From: an uncultured Pseudomonadota bacterium
Lineage (GTDB): Bacteria; Pseudomonadota; Alphaproteobacteria; JACZXZ01
Reading direction: 5' to 3'
Assembly (NCBI GenBank): GCA_963749075.1
Contig: CAVVLJ010000020.1
Location: 576,001-640,000, forward strand
DNA length: 64,000 nt
The notes under the pieces were generated by a model. That model had not been told where the DNA came from. It searched no databases and worked only from the letters and a program-made list of their open reading frames with translations. The position numbers were made by a program, and so were the translations under genes. Positions 19,040-28,378 of the stretch are shown one piece after another (position 1 is the stretch's first letter; each line of letters starts with the position of its first letter).

Positions 19040-20779
19040 ATGTCGCACGATGACCCCAGAGAGAAGCCGCACGGCCTCGCCCGCGGTCTCACGCAATACG
19101 GCGATCCCGGCTTCGCCGCCTATCTCCGGCGCTCCTTCGCGCGCTCCATGGGCTATTCGGCGGCGCTCCTCAAGCGGCCTGTCGTCGGCATCGCCAACTC
19201 CGCGAGCGGACTCAACAACTGCCACCGCCATTTCCCCGAGCTCGTGGAGGCGGTGAAGCGCGGCGTGCTGGCGGCGGGCGGCCTGCCCCTCGAGTTCCCC
19301 ACCATCTCGCTGGGCGAGCCCTTCCTCGCCCCCACCAGCATGATGTTCCGCAACCTCATGGCGATGGACGTGGAGGAGATGGTGCGCGCCCAGCCGCTCG
19401 ACGCGGTGGTGCTGGTGGGCGGCTGCGACAAGACGGTGCCGGCCCAGCTCATGGGTGCCGCCTCCGCCGGCGTGCCCGCCATCCAGCTCGTGGCCGGCCC
19501 CATGATGACGGGCCGCTACCGCGAGCAGCGCCTCGGCGCCTGCACCGACTGCCGCCGCTTCTGGGCGCAATACCGCGCAGGCACCCTTCCGGGCGAGGAG
19601 ATCGAGCTCATCGAGAGCCGCCTCGCCACCACCGCCGGCACCTGCGCCGTCATGGGCACGGCCAGCACCATGGCGGCGATCTCCGAGACGCTGGGCATGA
19701 TCCTTCCCGGCACCGCGGCGATCCCGGCCGTGCATGCCGACCGCCTGCGCGCCGCCGAGGCGACGGGCGCGCGCGCGGTCGAGCTTGCCGGCTCGACGCT
19801 GACGCCGGAGAAGATCATCACGGAGAAGTCCGTCGAGAACGCGCTCCGCGTGCTGCTCGCCCTCGGCGGCTCGACCAATGCCATCGTGCATCTGACCGCG
19901 GTCGCCGGCCGGCTCGGCATCCCGGTGCCGCTCTCGCGGCTCAACGAGCTCAGCGACGCGACGCCGGTGCTGGTCGACTTGAAGCCGGTCGGCGAGCATT
20001 ACATGGAGGACTTCTTCGCGGCGGGCGGCGTCGGTGCCGTGCTCGCGGAGCTCAGGCCGCTCCTCCACCTCGACTGCATGACCGTCACCGGCGAGACGCT
20101 CGAGCAAGTCCTCGCCGCGCGGCCGGCCTGGGTCGACCGCCGCATCGTGCGGCCGCGAGAGGAGCCGTTCCAGCCCCAGGGCGGCCTCGTAGCACTCTTC
20201 GGCAGCTTGGCCCCGCGCGGCGCCATCTTGAAGCGCGCCGCGGCCTCGCCGCAGCTCTTCGAGACCGAGGGGCGCGCCGTGGTCTTCGCCTCGCTCGAGG
20301 ACTTGGCGCGGCGCATCGACGATCCGGCGCTCGACGTGACGCCCGAGGATTTCCTCGTGCTGCAGAATGCCGGCCCCAAGAGCCCCGCTGCGATGCCGGA
20401 GGCTGGCTATCTGCCGATCCCGGGGAAGCTCGCGCGCCAGGGCGTCAAGGACATGGTGCGCATCTCGGACGCGCGCATGAGCGGCACCGCGTTCGGCACC
20501 ATCGTGCTCCATGTGACGCCCGAGGCCGCCGACGGTGGGCCGCTCGGCCTTGTTAAGAGCGGCGACCGCATCCGGCTCAGCGTGAACGAGCGCCGCATCG
20601 ACCTCCTGGTGGACGCGGCCGAGCTCGCCCTCAGGCGGCAGAGCCAGGTGCCGGCGAGCGTTCCCGCGCGCGGCTACGCCAGGCTCTTCCACCAACACGT
20701 GCTGCAAGCGGACGGCGGCTGCGACTTCGATTTCCTCCGCCCGCCCGGGCGCGCAGCGAACGGCATGCCGAGCCCCTGA
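19040..20779 (+). CDS. IlvD/Edd family dehydratase (dihydroxy-acid or sugar-acid dehydratase)
   Basis: NNCH, GGCDKT, GTCAVMGTASTM, GGSTNA, SDARMSGT motifs. Confidence 0.92.
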   Translation: MSHDDPREKPHGLARGLTQYGDPGFAAYLRRSFARSMGYSAALLKRPVVGIANSASGLNNCHRHFPELVEAVKRGVLAAGGLPLEFPTISLGEPFLAPTSMMFRNLMAMDVEEMVRAQPLDAVVLVGGCDKTVPAQLMGAASAGVPAIQLVAGPMMTGRYREQRLGACTDCRRFWAQYRAGTLPGEEIELIESRLATTAGTCAVMGTASTMAAISETLGMILPGTAAIPAVHADRLRAAEATGARAVELAGSTLTPEKIITEKSVENALRVLLALGGSTNAIVHLTAVAGRLGIPVPLSRLNELSDATPVLVDLKPVGEHYMEDFFAAGGVGAVLAELRPLLHLDCMTVTGETLEQVLAARPAWVDRRIVRPREEPFQPQGGLVALFGSLAPRGAILKRAAASPQLFETEGRAVVFASLEDLARRIDDPALDVTPEDFLVLQNAGPKSPAAMPEAGYLPIPGKLARQGVKDMVRISDARMSGTAFGTIVLHVTPEAADGGPLGLVKSGDRIRLSVNERRIDLLVDAAELALRRQSQVPASVPARGYARLFHQHVLQADGGCDFDFLRPPGRAANGMPSP

Positions 20780-20891
20780 GCCGCGCACGATTATTGCCTC
20801 GCTTCCGCCAGTCGTGTTAGGATGTGTCGTGGTTCCTGAAGCCGTCCCCGGCGGAGGCCCGCCGCGCGGACGGGGGGGAGGGACGAAGACG

Positions 20892-21119
20892 ATGAAGACG
20901 CTGGATTTGCGGGTTTCGTTTCTCATTGCCGCAGCTTGGCTCCTCGCCCTCACGATGTTCTCGATGTGGCGTGGCGCGTCGTTCGGCGGGGAGGAGATTG
21001 GCATCTTCAGTGCGCTGGGGCCGCTTCCCGTTGCGTCGCAGGACATGGCGGCTGCACAGGCTCCCAAGCACAACAAGCTGCCGATCCATTGGGCCCATCA
21101 GCGCTGGGGCGCTGTCTAA
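20892..21119 (+). CDS. Small hypothetical membrane or secreted protein
   Basis: GGAGGG RBS, ATG, hydrophobic N-terminal helix; 75 aa. Confidence 0.45.
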   Translation: MKTLDLRVSFLIAAAWLLALTMFSMWRGASFGGEEIGIFSALGPLPVASQDMAAAQAPKHNKLPIHWAHQRWGAV

Positions 21120-21327
21120 GCAACAACAATAGCCGCGCCGGGCGCCGTCCGCCGGACATCGCAGAGCCGGAAGAGGTGCTGTTCGCGATCGCCGATGCCG
21201 GCTCGATGCTGCCGTCCTGGCTTGCCGGACGACACGGGGCAGCTCGTGCGCTTCCTCGTTCCCCTCGTCGCTCGCTTGCTTTATCGTGCTCGGCAAAATA
21301 CGCCGCGGAGGAAGCGAGGAGCCTGCC

Positions 21328-21957
21328 ATGCAGCTTTACGACTGTAAGCCCGCGCCGAGCCCGCGGCGCGTGCGCATCTTCATGGCCGAGAAGGGCATCG
21401 CCATCCCCACGATCCAGGTCGATCTGCGCGCGGGGGAGCAGTTCACGCCCGCCTTCAGCACCGTCAACCCGCAATGCGTGGTGCCCTATCTCGTGCTCGA
21501 CGACGGCACGGGCATCTGCGAGGTGCCGGCGATCTGGCGCTACCTCGAGGAGAGCTACCCGTCGCCGCCGCTCATGGGCATTGACGCCAAGGACAAGGCG
21601 CTCGTCGCCATGTGGGAGCGGCGTGCCGAGCTCGAGGGCTTCCTCGCGGTGGGCGAGGCGTTCCGCAACTCGAGCCCCGCCTTCAAGGACCATGCGCTCT
21701 CGGGTCCGCACATCTACGCGCAGATCCCGGCCCTCGTCGAGCGCGGCAAGGCGCGCTTCGCCGACTTCCTCGGCGAGCTCGACGGCTGGCTCGCCGCGCG
21801 CGAATTCGTGGCCGGCCCGCGCTACACCGTGGCCGACATCACCGCCCTCGTCGCCGTCGATTTCGCGGGCTGGATGAAGATCGCCATCCCCGCCGAATGC
21901 CGGAACGTGCGGCGCTGGTACGACGCGGTCGCCGCCCGCCCGAGCGCCAAGGCGTGA
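21328..21957 (+). CDS. Glutathione S-transferase family protein
   Basis: APSPRRVRIFMAEKG, NPQCVVPYL.LDDG, YTVADIT; AGGAG RBS. Confidence 0.92.
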   Translation: MQLYDCKPAPSPRRVRIFMAEKGIAIPTIQVDLRAGEQFTPAFSTVNPQCVVPYLVLDDGTGICEVPAIWRYLEESYPSPPLMGIDAKDKALVAMWERRAELEGFLAVGEAFRNSSPAFKDHALSGPHIYAQIPALVERGKARFADFLGELDGWLAAREFVAGPRYTVADITALVAVDFAGWMKIAIPAECRNVRRWYDAVAARPSAKA

Positions 21958-22011
21958 CGAGGGGACGAAGCGGGTGCACGACGGAGGACACGGAGAGCGG
22001 AGAGAGTGAGG

Positions 22012-22104
22012 TTTCAGCGCAGAGGGCGCTGAGGTTTCGCGGTGGCCGCAGTGAGATTGATACCATCGCGTACCCTGCGAGACCTCAGCGTCCTCCGCGC
22101 TAAA
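22012..22104. repeat. Palindromic element family C, copy 1
   Basis: AGCGCAGAGGGCGCTGAGGTTTCGC...GCGAGACCTCAGCGTCCTCCGCGCT; aligns with 39273-39364. Confidence 0.8.
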
Positions 22105-22157
22105 TCCTCCTCTTCTTCTCTGGCGAAACCGATCGGGCGCGGTGAAAGAGGTTCGCG

Positions 22158-23036
22158 ATGACGCTGCCCAAGGACCGCATCGCCTATTCCGCCATCGTCG
22201 ACCGCCCGCCGCTCAAGCTGCCGGGCGGGGCGCGGCTCATCGTGTGGCCCATCGTCAACCTCGAGGTGTGGGAGATCGCACGTCCCATGCCGCGCCAGGT
22301 GCTGCCGGCGCCGGCGGGTGCCGCCGTGGTGCCGGACGTGCCCAACTGGGCCTGGCACGAGTACGGCATGCGGGTCGGCTTCTGGCGCCTCAAGGCGGCA
22401 CTCGAGCGCTTCGCCGTGACCCCCACCCTCTCGATCAATGCCGCGGTGGTGAACGAGTATCCGCGCGTGGCCGAGGCGGCGCGCGACGGGGGCTGGGAGT
22501 TCATGGGCCACAGCTTCGTTCAGATGCCCATCCACCAGCTCGCGGACGAGCGCGCGGCGATCGCGCAGTCGCTCGATACGCTCGCCGCCTTCACCGGTGC
22601 CCGCCCGCGCGGCTGGCTCGGCCCCGGCCTGACCGAGACCTACGAGACCCTCGATCACCTGGCCGAAGCGGGCATCGAATATATCGGCGATTGGGTGTTC
22701 GACGATCAGCCGGCGACGCTGCGGACCGCGCACGGCCCCATCGTGGCGCTGCCCTACACGGTCGAGCAGAACGACATCCCGATGATGATCGTGCAGCATC
22801 ACCGGGCGGACGAGCTCTTCTCGCGCACGCGCGACGCCTTCGACCGGCTCCATGCCGAGGGCGGAGAGAGCGCGCGCGTGCTGGCGCTCGCCGTGCATCC
22901 CTACATCAGCGGTGTCGCGCACCGCATCCGGCACTTCGAGGCCATCCTCGAGTATATGAAAGCCCGCGAGGGCGTGCTGTTCTGGACCGGCGCCGAGATC
23001 CTCGACTGGTACCGCGCCGCCGCCAGGGCGGCCTGA
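22158..23036 (+). CDS. Polysaccharide deacetylase family protein (PuuE allantoinase-like)
   Basis: NWAWHEYGMRVGFWR, EFMGH, GWLGPGLTE, LAVHPYISG. Confidence 0.88.
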   Translation: MTLPKDRIAYSAIVDRPPLKLPGGARLIVWPIVNLEVWEIARPMPRQVLPAPAGAAVVPDVPNWAWHEYGMRVGFWRLKAALERFAVTPTLSINAAVVNEYPRVAEAARDGGWEFMGHSFVQMPIHQLADERAAIAQSLDTLAAFTGARPRGWLGPGLTETYETLDHLAEAGIEYIGDWVFDDQPATLRTAHGPIVALPYTVEQNDIPMMIVQHHRADELFSRTRDAFDRLHAEGGESARVLALAVHPYISGVAHRIRHFEAILEYMKAREGVLFWTGAEILDWYRAAARAA

Positions 23037-23055
23037 GGGGAAATAAGGAAACACC

Positions 23056-24354
23056 ATGAGCGAGGACATCCTGGCGGCGGGCTTCAAGGAGACGCCATTC
23101 TGGTGGGAGGCCGCACCCATCTCCCCACGCCCGGCGCGCGAGCTGCCGAAGCACGTCGACGTAGCGGTGATCGGCGCCGGCTATTCGGGGCTTTCGGCTG
23201 CCCTCACGCTGGCGCGCGCCGGACGCTCGGTCCTCGTGCTCGAGGCCGGCGTTCCCGGCGAGGGGGCGAGCTCGAGGAATGGCGGCATGTGCGGCGACCA
23301 GCTCAAGCCCTCGCTCGAGGAGCTCACCCGCCGCTACGGCGAGAAGCTCGCGGTGGCCCTCCTCAAGGAGGGGCGCGAGGCCCTCGAGTTCCTGGCCTCC
23401 TTCATCACGCAAGAGGGCATCGAGTGCCATTTCTCGCGCATGGGGCGCTTCACGGGCGCCCTCAAGCGGGGCCAGTACGAGGAGATGGCGCGCATTTCGG
23501 AAACGCTCAGGAAGGTGAACGGCTTCGAGTTCGACATGGTGGGGAAGGCCGAGGTGCGCCAGGAGATCGGCACCGACGCCTATGTGGGCGGCCGCGTCAC
23601 CCATCACCACGGCGGCCTCCACCCGGCACTCTATCACCGCGAGCTCCTGAAGCGCGCGCTTGCGGCCGGTGCCCAGATAGCAGGCGAGACGCCGATGACG
23701 GGCTTGAGGCGCGAGATGCGCGGCTTCACCGTCGGCACGCCCAAAGGCGAGGTCGAGGCGCGCGACGTGATCGTCACCACCAACGGCTATACCGGCCCGG
23801 TGACGGACTGGCTGCGCCGCCGCGTCATCCCGGTGACGAGCTACATCATCGCGACCGAAGAGCTCTCCGGCAACCTCATGCTTGAGCTCATGCCCAAGGG
23901 GCGCATGATGACCGATACCAACCGCCTCCTCGTCTATTTCCGCCCGTCGCACGACGGCAAGCGCATCCTCTTCGGCGGCCGCGCCCACTACCGCCCGGCC
24001 GACCTCAAGGAGGCAGGTGCGATCTTGCGCCGCTACCTGGTGCGCCTCTTCCCCGAGCTCTCGGAGACGCGGCTCAGCCACAGCTGGTACGGCTTCATCG
24101 CCTACAGCTTCGACCGCCTGCCCCACAGCGGGATTTCCGACGGCGTGCATTACGCGCTCGGCTACTGCGGCTCGGGCGTGGTGATGTCGACCTGGCTCGG
24201 GCGCAAGGCGGCCTTGAGCGTGCTCGGCTCGCTCGAGGGCCGAAGCGCCTTCGCAGAGATCGGCCATCCGAGCTTGCCGCTCTACCGCGGCACGCCGTGG
24301 TTCCTGCCGCTCGTCAAGGCATACTACTACGCCGCGGACGTGCTAGGCCGCTGA
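23056..24354 (+). CDS. FAD-dependent oxidoreductase (PuuB/DadA-like)
   Basis: GAGYSGLSAA, GASSRNGG, GYCGSGV motifs. Confidence 0.9.
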   Translation: MSEDILAAGFKETPFWWEAAPISPRPARELPKHVDVAVIGAGYSGLSAALTLARAGRSVLVLEAGVPGEGASSRNGGMCGDQLKPSLEELTRRYGEKLAVALLKEGREALEFLASFITQEGIECHFSRMGRFTGALKRGQYEEMARISETLRKVNGFEFDMVGKAEVRQEIGTDAYVGGRVTHHHGGLHPALYHRELLKRALAAGAQIAGETPMTGLRREMRGFTVGTPKGEVEARDVIVTTNGYTGPVTDWLRRRVIPVTSYIIATEELSGNLMLELMPKGRMMTDTNRLLVYFRPSHDGKRILFGGRAHYRPADLKEAGAILRRYLVRLFPELSETRLSHSWYGFIAYSFDRLPHSGISDGVHYALGYCGSGVVMSTWLGRKAALSVLGSLEGRSAFAEIGHPSLPLYRGTPWFLPLVKAYYYAADVLGR

Positions 24355-24360
24355 GCCGGG

Positions 24361-24660
24361 TCATGCGGCACCCCAGCCTCGCGGAACGAGCAGCTTCGCC
24401 GCCGCCGACAGGCGATGGCGCAGGACTTCGCGCCGCGCCGTGGCGTGGTCCGCCATCCAATTGAACATGACGTAGCGTCTCACCCCGACGTAAGGCTTGT
24501 GGCCGTGATAGGACCGCTCGGTGCGGCGAAAAGCCGCAAGCGTACCTCCAGTTGGCGGCACCTCGGCAGCCGCGTCCTCGATAACCCCGCGGCTGATGTT
24601 CTTGGCCAAATTCTTCTGAAAAACGCCGCGGTATACGACCTCCACGGAACCGGTAGCCAT
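24361..24660 (-). pseudogene. Chimeric remnant: 2-oxoacid:acceptor oxidoreductase-like N-terminus fused to a 2OG-Fe(II) oxygenase C-terminus
   Basis: AGGAGG RBS + MATGSVEVVYRGVFQKNLAKNISRG, then EVPPTGGTLAAFRRTERSYHGHKPYVGVRRYVMFNW, which lacks the upstream HxD half of an oxygenase. Confidence 0.55.
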
Positions 24661-25039
24661 AGCACGTACCTCCTGGCCGACTTGACCAAAATTACGTCCG
24701 GATTTTTGGAGTACGTATTTTCCATCCCTTTTGGTAGCGCTCGTTGAGATATTGATACGAACTAGCGGCCGGGAAAATGATCTGGATCGAATTCGCGCCT
24801 CTCGATTGCGCTATGCTCGACGCAAATGTGCCGCTCTTCCTCGGCTGCGTGGAGCGCGGACGTTTGGGTGCAAAGGTTATCCTGGCCGCCGCCGATGCGC
24901 GCGCGGCGGTCGGTTGGGCGCGTGCGTCCTTCGTGACATGGGGCTGTCAGCGAACCTGATCACCATCGTCAAAACAAGCGGATGTCCGGTTGGGGCCAAT
25001 AATGAAGAGAGTCCGTTCGTCATTTGAGCCTGTCCGGCT

Positions 25040-25240
25040 CGGTGGTGCAACGGGACGGGGCGTGGAGCCCCCAACGAGCTCAAACGCCCCGCCCCGTTGC
25101 GTCACGGAGGCGCCGAGCCTGGCTCGGCCGCTGTTACCGTCTCGCCAAGGACTTTGAGAACCTCACCCGTACCGCCTGGGCCTTCGTTGTGCTCGCCGGC
25201 ATCCGCCTCATGGTCCGTCGACCAGCGAGGCTCGGTCCAA
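25040..25240 (+). mobile_element. IS5-family transposase C-terminal remnant
   Basis: AWLGRCYRLAKDFENL...AFVVLAGIRLMVRR resembles the IS5 C-terminal motif; no start codon or catalytic core. Confidence 0.7.
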
Positions 25241-25276
25241 GAACCAAAACTTTCCGAACAGACACTTATGTTTTTG

Positions 25277-25292
25277 ATAACAATATCTTAAC
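25277..25292 (+). promoter_or_regulatory. Candidate CtrA-like box
   Basis: ATAA-CAATATC-TTAAC, one mismatch to TTAA-N7-TTAAC, in an AT-rich tract upstream of the tad cassette. Confidence 0.3.
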
Positions 25293-25380
25293 GATATTCT
25301 GTTAATGTGCTGCAATGCGATATTGAAAAACCGCTCAGAATTGGTCAGGTTTGCTTCTGAGGCAGATATTTGGTTCTGCT

Positions 25381-25836
25381 AGGTCCCGTTTACAGAGTTG
25401 CCAGACGTAGGCAGCGTCAGATGGTAGCGAGATGAAGGGTGTCGAGGAAGGATCGAGCGAGCTTGTCGTAGTGTGTGGCGACGGTGCGGTTGAGCTTGTC
25501 CGCCATCGCGTGCGCCAGCGTGGAAGCAACAGCCTCCCACACGCCGGCCTCGCTCCAGCGTCGGAAGCGCTAGTACACGTTTATCCATTTACCGTACTTC
25601 TCCGGAACGTCCCGCCAAGGGGCGCCGGTCCGCAGCCGCCAGAGAATGCGGTTCACGATGGTTCGGTTGTCGAACGACGGTCGGCTCTTGCGGCCACGCT
25701 CCGCCGGCAGCAAATCCTTCAACAATCGTCGTTTGGCTTCGCTCAGATCGCCTCGGCTCAAGGTCCCCTCCTCTCCAAGAGGAATCCTTGAATCGAAATT
25801 CGATTCGGGCGTCATTCATTTTGTAAACAGGGCCCA
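25381..25836 (-). mobile_element. Internally deleted IS5-family element with both terminal inverted repeats
   Basis: Ends GGTCCCGTTTACA and TGTAAACAGGGCC (imperfect TIR) in CTAG/CCAG context; transposase N-terminus DNRTIVNRILWRLRTGAPWRDVPEKYGKW ends at a premature stop. Confidence 0.8.
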
Positions 25837-25936
25837 GCACCGTGAGACGGATGGAACTGAGTCGACCACGTTACGGAGATACCTAAAAACCCGGACAGGA
25901 AATTCGCGCGTTACTAGAGTCAAGGACTCAAATTCG

Positions 25937-27172
25937 ATGAATACGACACAAGCAATACGCGCCCTCCCTAAATGGCTCGTCGCTCTGTACGCCGACCAGC
26001 GCGGCGCTGCGTTGATCATGACGGCCCTCATGATCGTCGCGCTTTGCGGCATTGCCGGGCTCGGCACCGACGCAGCGAACTGGTACACCAATGAGCGCCA
26101 GATGCAGAAGATCGCGGACAACGCGGCTTTGGCCGCCGCTCCGCTCCTCGGCACCCAGAGCAATACCACCGCAATGATCACCGCGGTAGCCGAGAATGTC
26201 GGCGTTCTCGACGGCCTGTCCACGGCTAATGGCGATACCATTTCGGTGCAAGTCGCCGCCGACCGCTCCACCGTGACAGTCACCGCTTCGCGTAATCTGC
26301 AACTCTACTTCTCCGTGCTTTTCTTGCCCAAGGCCCCGACGACCACGGCCACGGCGGTGGCCGGGCCGGGAGGAACCCCCGTCTGCATTCTCGTTCTTGA
26401 TCCGTCCGGCCAAAGCCTGTTGGTCAATAGCGGCGCCCAAATCAACGCGCCGAATTGCCAAATAAACGTCGCTTCGACCAGCAGTCCGGCGGCGATGATC
26501 GATTCGAGTCTTCCGAATATCGCCGGGATGTGCGTCGCGGGAGGGACAACCGTCAATGGCGGCGCGCAGGTCAATAACTTGACCAATCATTGCACCGTCG
26601 CCTCGAATCCCTATGCTGGCACGATCCCCAAGCCGAGCTACAGCAATTGCACCGTTAGCAACCAGAACTACAGTGGGACGGTGCATCTTTCGCCTGGGAC
26701 CTATTGCGGATCGTTCAATTTTAATGGATCGGGGACGGCGAACCTCGCGGCGGGCACTTACATCCTCGATGGAACGAATTGGAATCTGAATAGCGGTTGG
26801 ACCATCAACGGCACGGCCGTGACGTTTTATTTCGTCAACAGCTCCTCCTACATCCAAATCAATTCGGGCGTCACGGCAAACTTGTCGGCACCGACGAGCG
26901 GCACCTATGCCAATGTCCTGATGTTCGAGCCTGATGGCCTGAGCACAAGCAGCTTTACGATCGACGGATCCTCGTCGGGACATTTATTGCAGGGTCTTAT
27001 TTATCTGCCGAGCCGCAACATTACCTTTAACTCCGCCTCGAACGTCACGAGCGACGGCATGACGCTGGTGGCAAATGAGGTCACCTTCGATACGATGAAC
27101 TTGTCCCTAAGCCCGTCGCCGAATGCCATCAATTCGGCCAACGGTAGCCTGAACGCGGTGCTCTTGCAGTGA
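25937..27172 (+). CDS. tadG: TadG-like pseudopilin / putative pilus tip protein
   Basis: Prepilin-like QRG|AALIMTAL, ADNAALAAA; Asn/Ser/Thr-rich C-terminus with PGTYCG and GLIYLPS. Confidence 0.8.
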   Translation: MNTTQAIRALPKWLVALYADQRGAALIMTALMIVALCGIAGLGTDAANWYTNERQMQKIADNAALAAAPLLGTQSNTTAMITAVAENVGVLDGLSTANGDTISVQVAADRSTVTVTASRNLQLYFSVLFLPKAPTTTATAVAGPGGTPVCILVLDPSGQSLLVNSGAQINAPNCQINVASTSSPAAMIDSSLPNIAGMCVAGGTTVNGGAQVNNLTNHCTVASNPYAGTIPKPSYSNCTVSNQNYSGTVHLSPGTYCGSFNFNGSGTANLAAGTYILDGTNWNLNSGWTINGTAVTFYFVNSSSYIQINSGVTANLSAPTSGTYANVLMFEPDGLSTSSFTIDGSSSGHLLQGLIYLPSRNITFNSASNVTSDGMTLVANEVTFDTMNLSLSPSPNAINSANGSLNAVLLQ

Positions 27173-27648
27173 TATGGCCGACGAACAAAGTGCATCGCGC
27201 CGTCGCTTCGGCCCGGGGCGCCGCCGCAGTCGAAGTGGCCCTGGTTCTAGCGCTATTCCTCGTGCCATTTCTGCTCTTGTTGTGGGACGTGGGACTAGTC
27301 GCCTTGGGCAAGGCCGAGCTCGACGAGGCGCTGCAGGACACGATGACCTACGTCAGCGCGGGCAACGCGAGCAATAGCTCCGGTATCACGGCCGCCGCCC
27401 AAAAGGCCTATGGAACATCGATCACCGTCTCGACCAGCACGGTCTGCTACTGCGTTGCCACCGGCACAAGCCAGCCGACCGCGCCCAGCTCGATAGCCTG
27501 CACAAGCACGTGCAATTCTGGCTACGTTCGTCAGCAGTTCATGAACATCACAGTGAGCACCGAAGTCGATATTCCGTTTCCGGTGTCAGGCTTCAACCTG
27601 ACGTCGCCGCTAACGCTCACGACGACCGGCTCCGTGCGCACCGGCTGA
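27169..27648 (+). CDS. tadE: TadE-like pseudopilin
   Basis: RG|AAAVEVAL prepilin motif, TM helix, CYC...C...C. Confidence 0.82.
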   Translation: MIWPTNKVHRAVASARGAAAVEVALVLALFLVPFLLLLWDVGLVALGKAELDEALQDTMTYVSAGNASNSSGITAAAQKAYGTSITVSTSTVCYCVATGTSQPTAPSSIACTSTCNSGYVRQQFMNITVSTEVDIPFPVSGFNLTSPLTLTTTGSVRTG

Positions 27649-27650
27649 CG

Positions 27651-28073
27651 ATGTCGCGAACCGGCCTCCTTGCCAAGTTTTTCGGGGATCGAAGAGGCAC
27701 AGCGGCCCTGGAGGTTGCCCTTACCCTTCCGATCTTTCTCGGCGTGTGCCTCGGCATCGCGGAGCTCGGACTCTACGTGGCCCAGCAGCAGGCGCTTACC
27801 GAAGCCGTCTTCGCCGGCGAACGCTATGCTATCGTGCACGGCTCGCAAAGCTCTTCGCCGGCCTCCGCCTCCACCATCCTGACGCAAGTCCAGAATAATT
27901 GCGGTATGCTCGCCCCTGGCAATATCTCCGTGTCGGTCACATTCTCCCCGAATAATAGTCCAGGAAGCACCGTGGCGATCGTGGCGACCTATCCTTGGAC
28001 ACCGCTTTTTACCCTTTTTTATTTACCGTCGGTCACAATCACCGCTCGATCGGATGCGACTATTCTCCATTAA
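27651..28073 (+). CDS. tadE: TadE-like pseudopilin
   Basis: RG|TAALEVALTLPIF, GERYA motif. Confidence 0.85.
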   Translation: MSRTGLLAKFFGDRRGTAALEVALTLPIFLGVCLGIAELGLYVAQQQALTEAVFAGERYAIVHGSQSSSPASASTILTQVQNNCGMLAPGNISVSVTFSPNNSPGSTVAIVATYPWTPLFTLFYLPSVTITARSDATILH

Positions 28074-28378
28074 GCGCAGATGCTTCCGGGTCACATGAGG
28101 AATTGGATACGAAGTGGTGAGCAGTCCGAACCCGCCCGTGCCTAGTAAGCGATGTTCCGGAACCCTCGTAGATGCATGCTGCGGCTTGGCTTAGGACGTT
28201 CCGAGAACCCTTAACATGAGCGGCAGCCCTTAGCGCGCGGCTCTATGTCCGCAAAGCCCGCGATCCGGAAACGCAATGCGCGACGCAATCGACGCGCTCT
28301 CCAATTCCGCACCGGCATGCTATGCTGTCGGCGCGTCCGCAAGAGACGCGGCGAAACGTCCAGAGAGAGCGGGAGGCA

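Noticed and set aside
19040-20779. Calling the dehydratase ilvD
   Set aside because: The family is clear, but sugar-acid dehydratases share these motifs and there is no ilv context
25432-25791. 119-aa plus-strand ORF inside the IS remnant
   Set aside because: Antisense shadow of the IS5 transposase fragment
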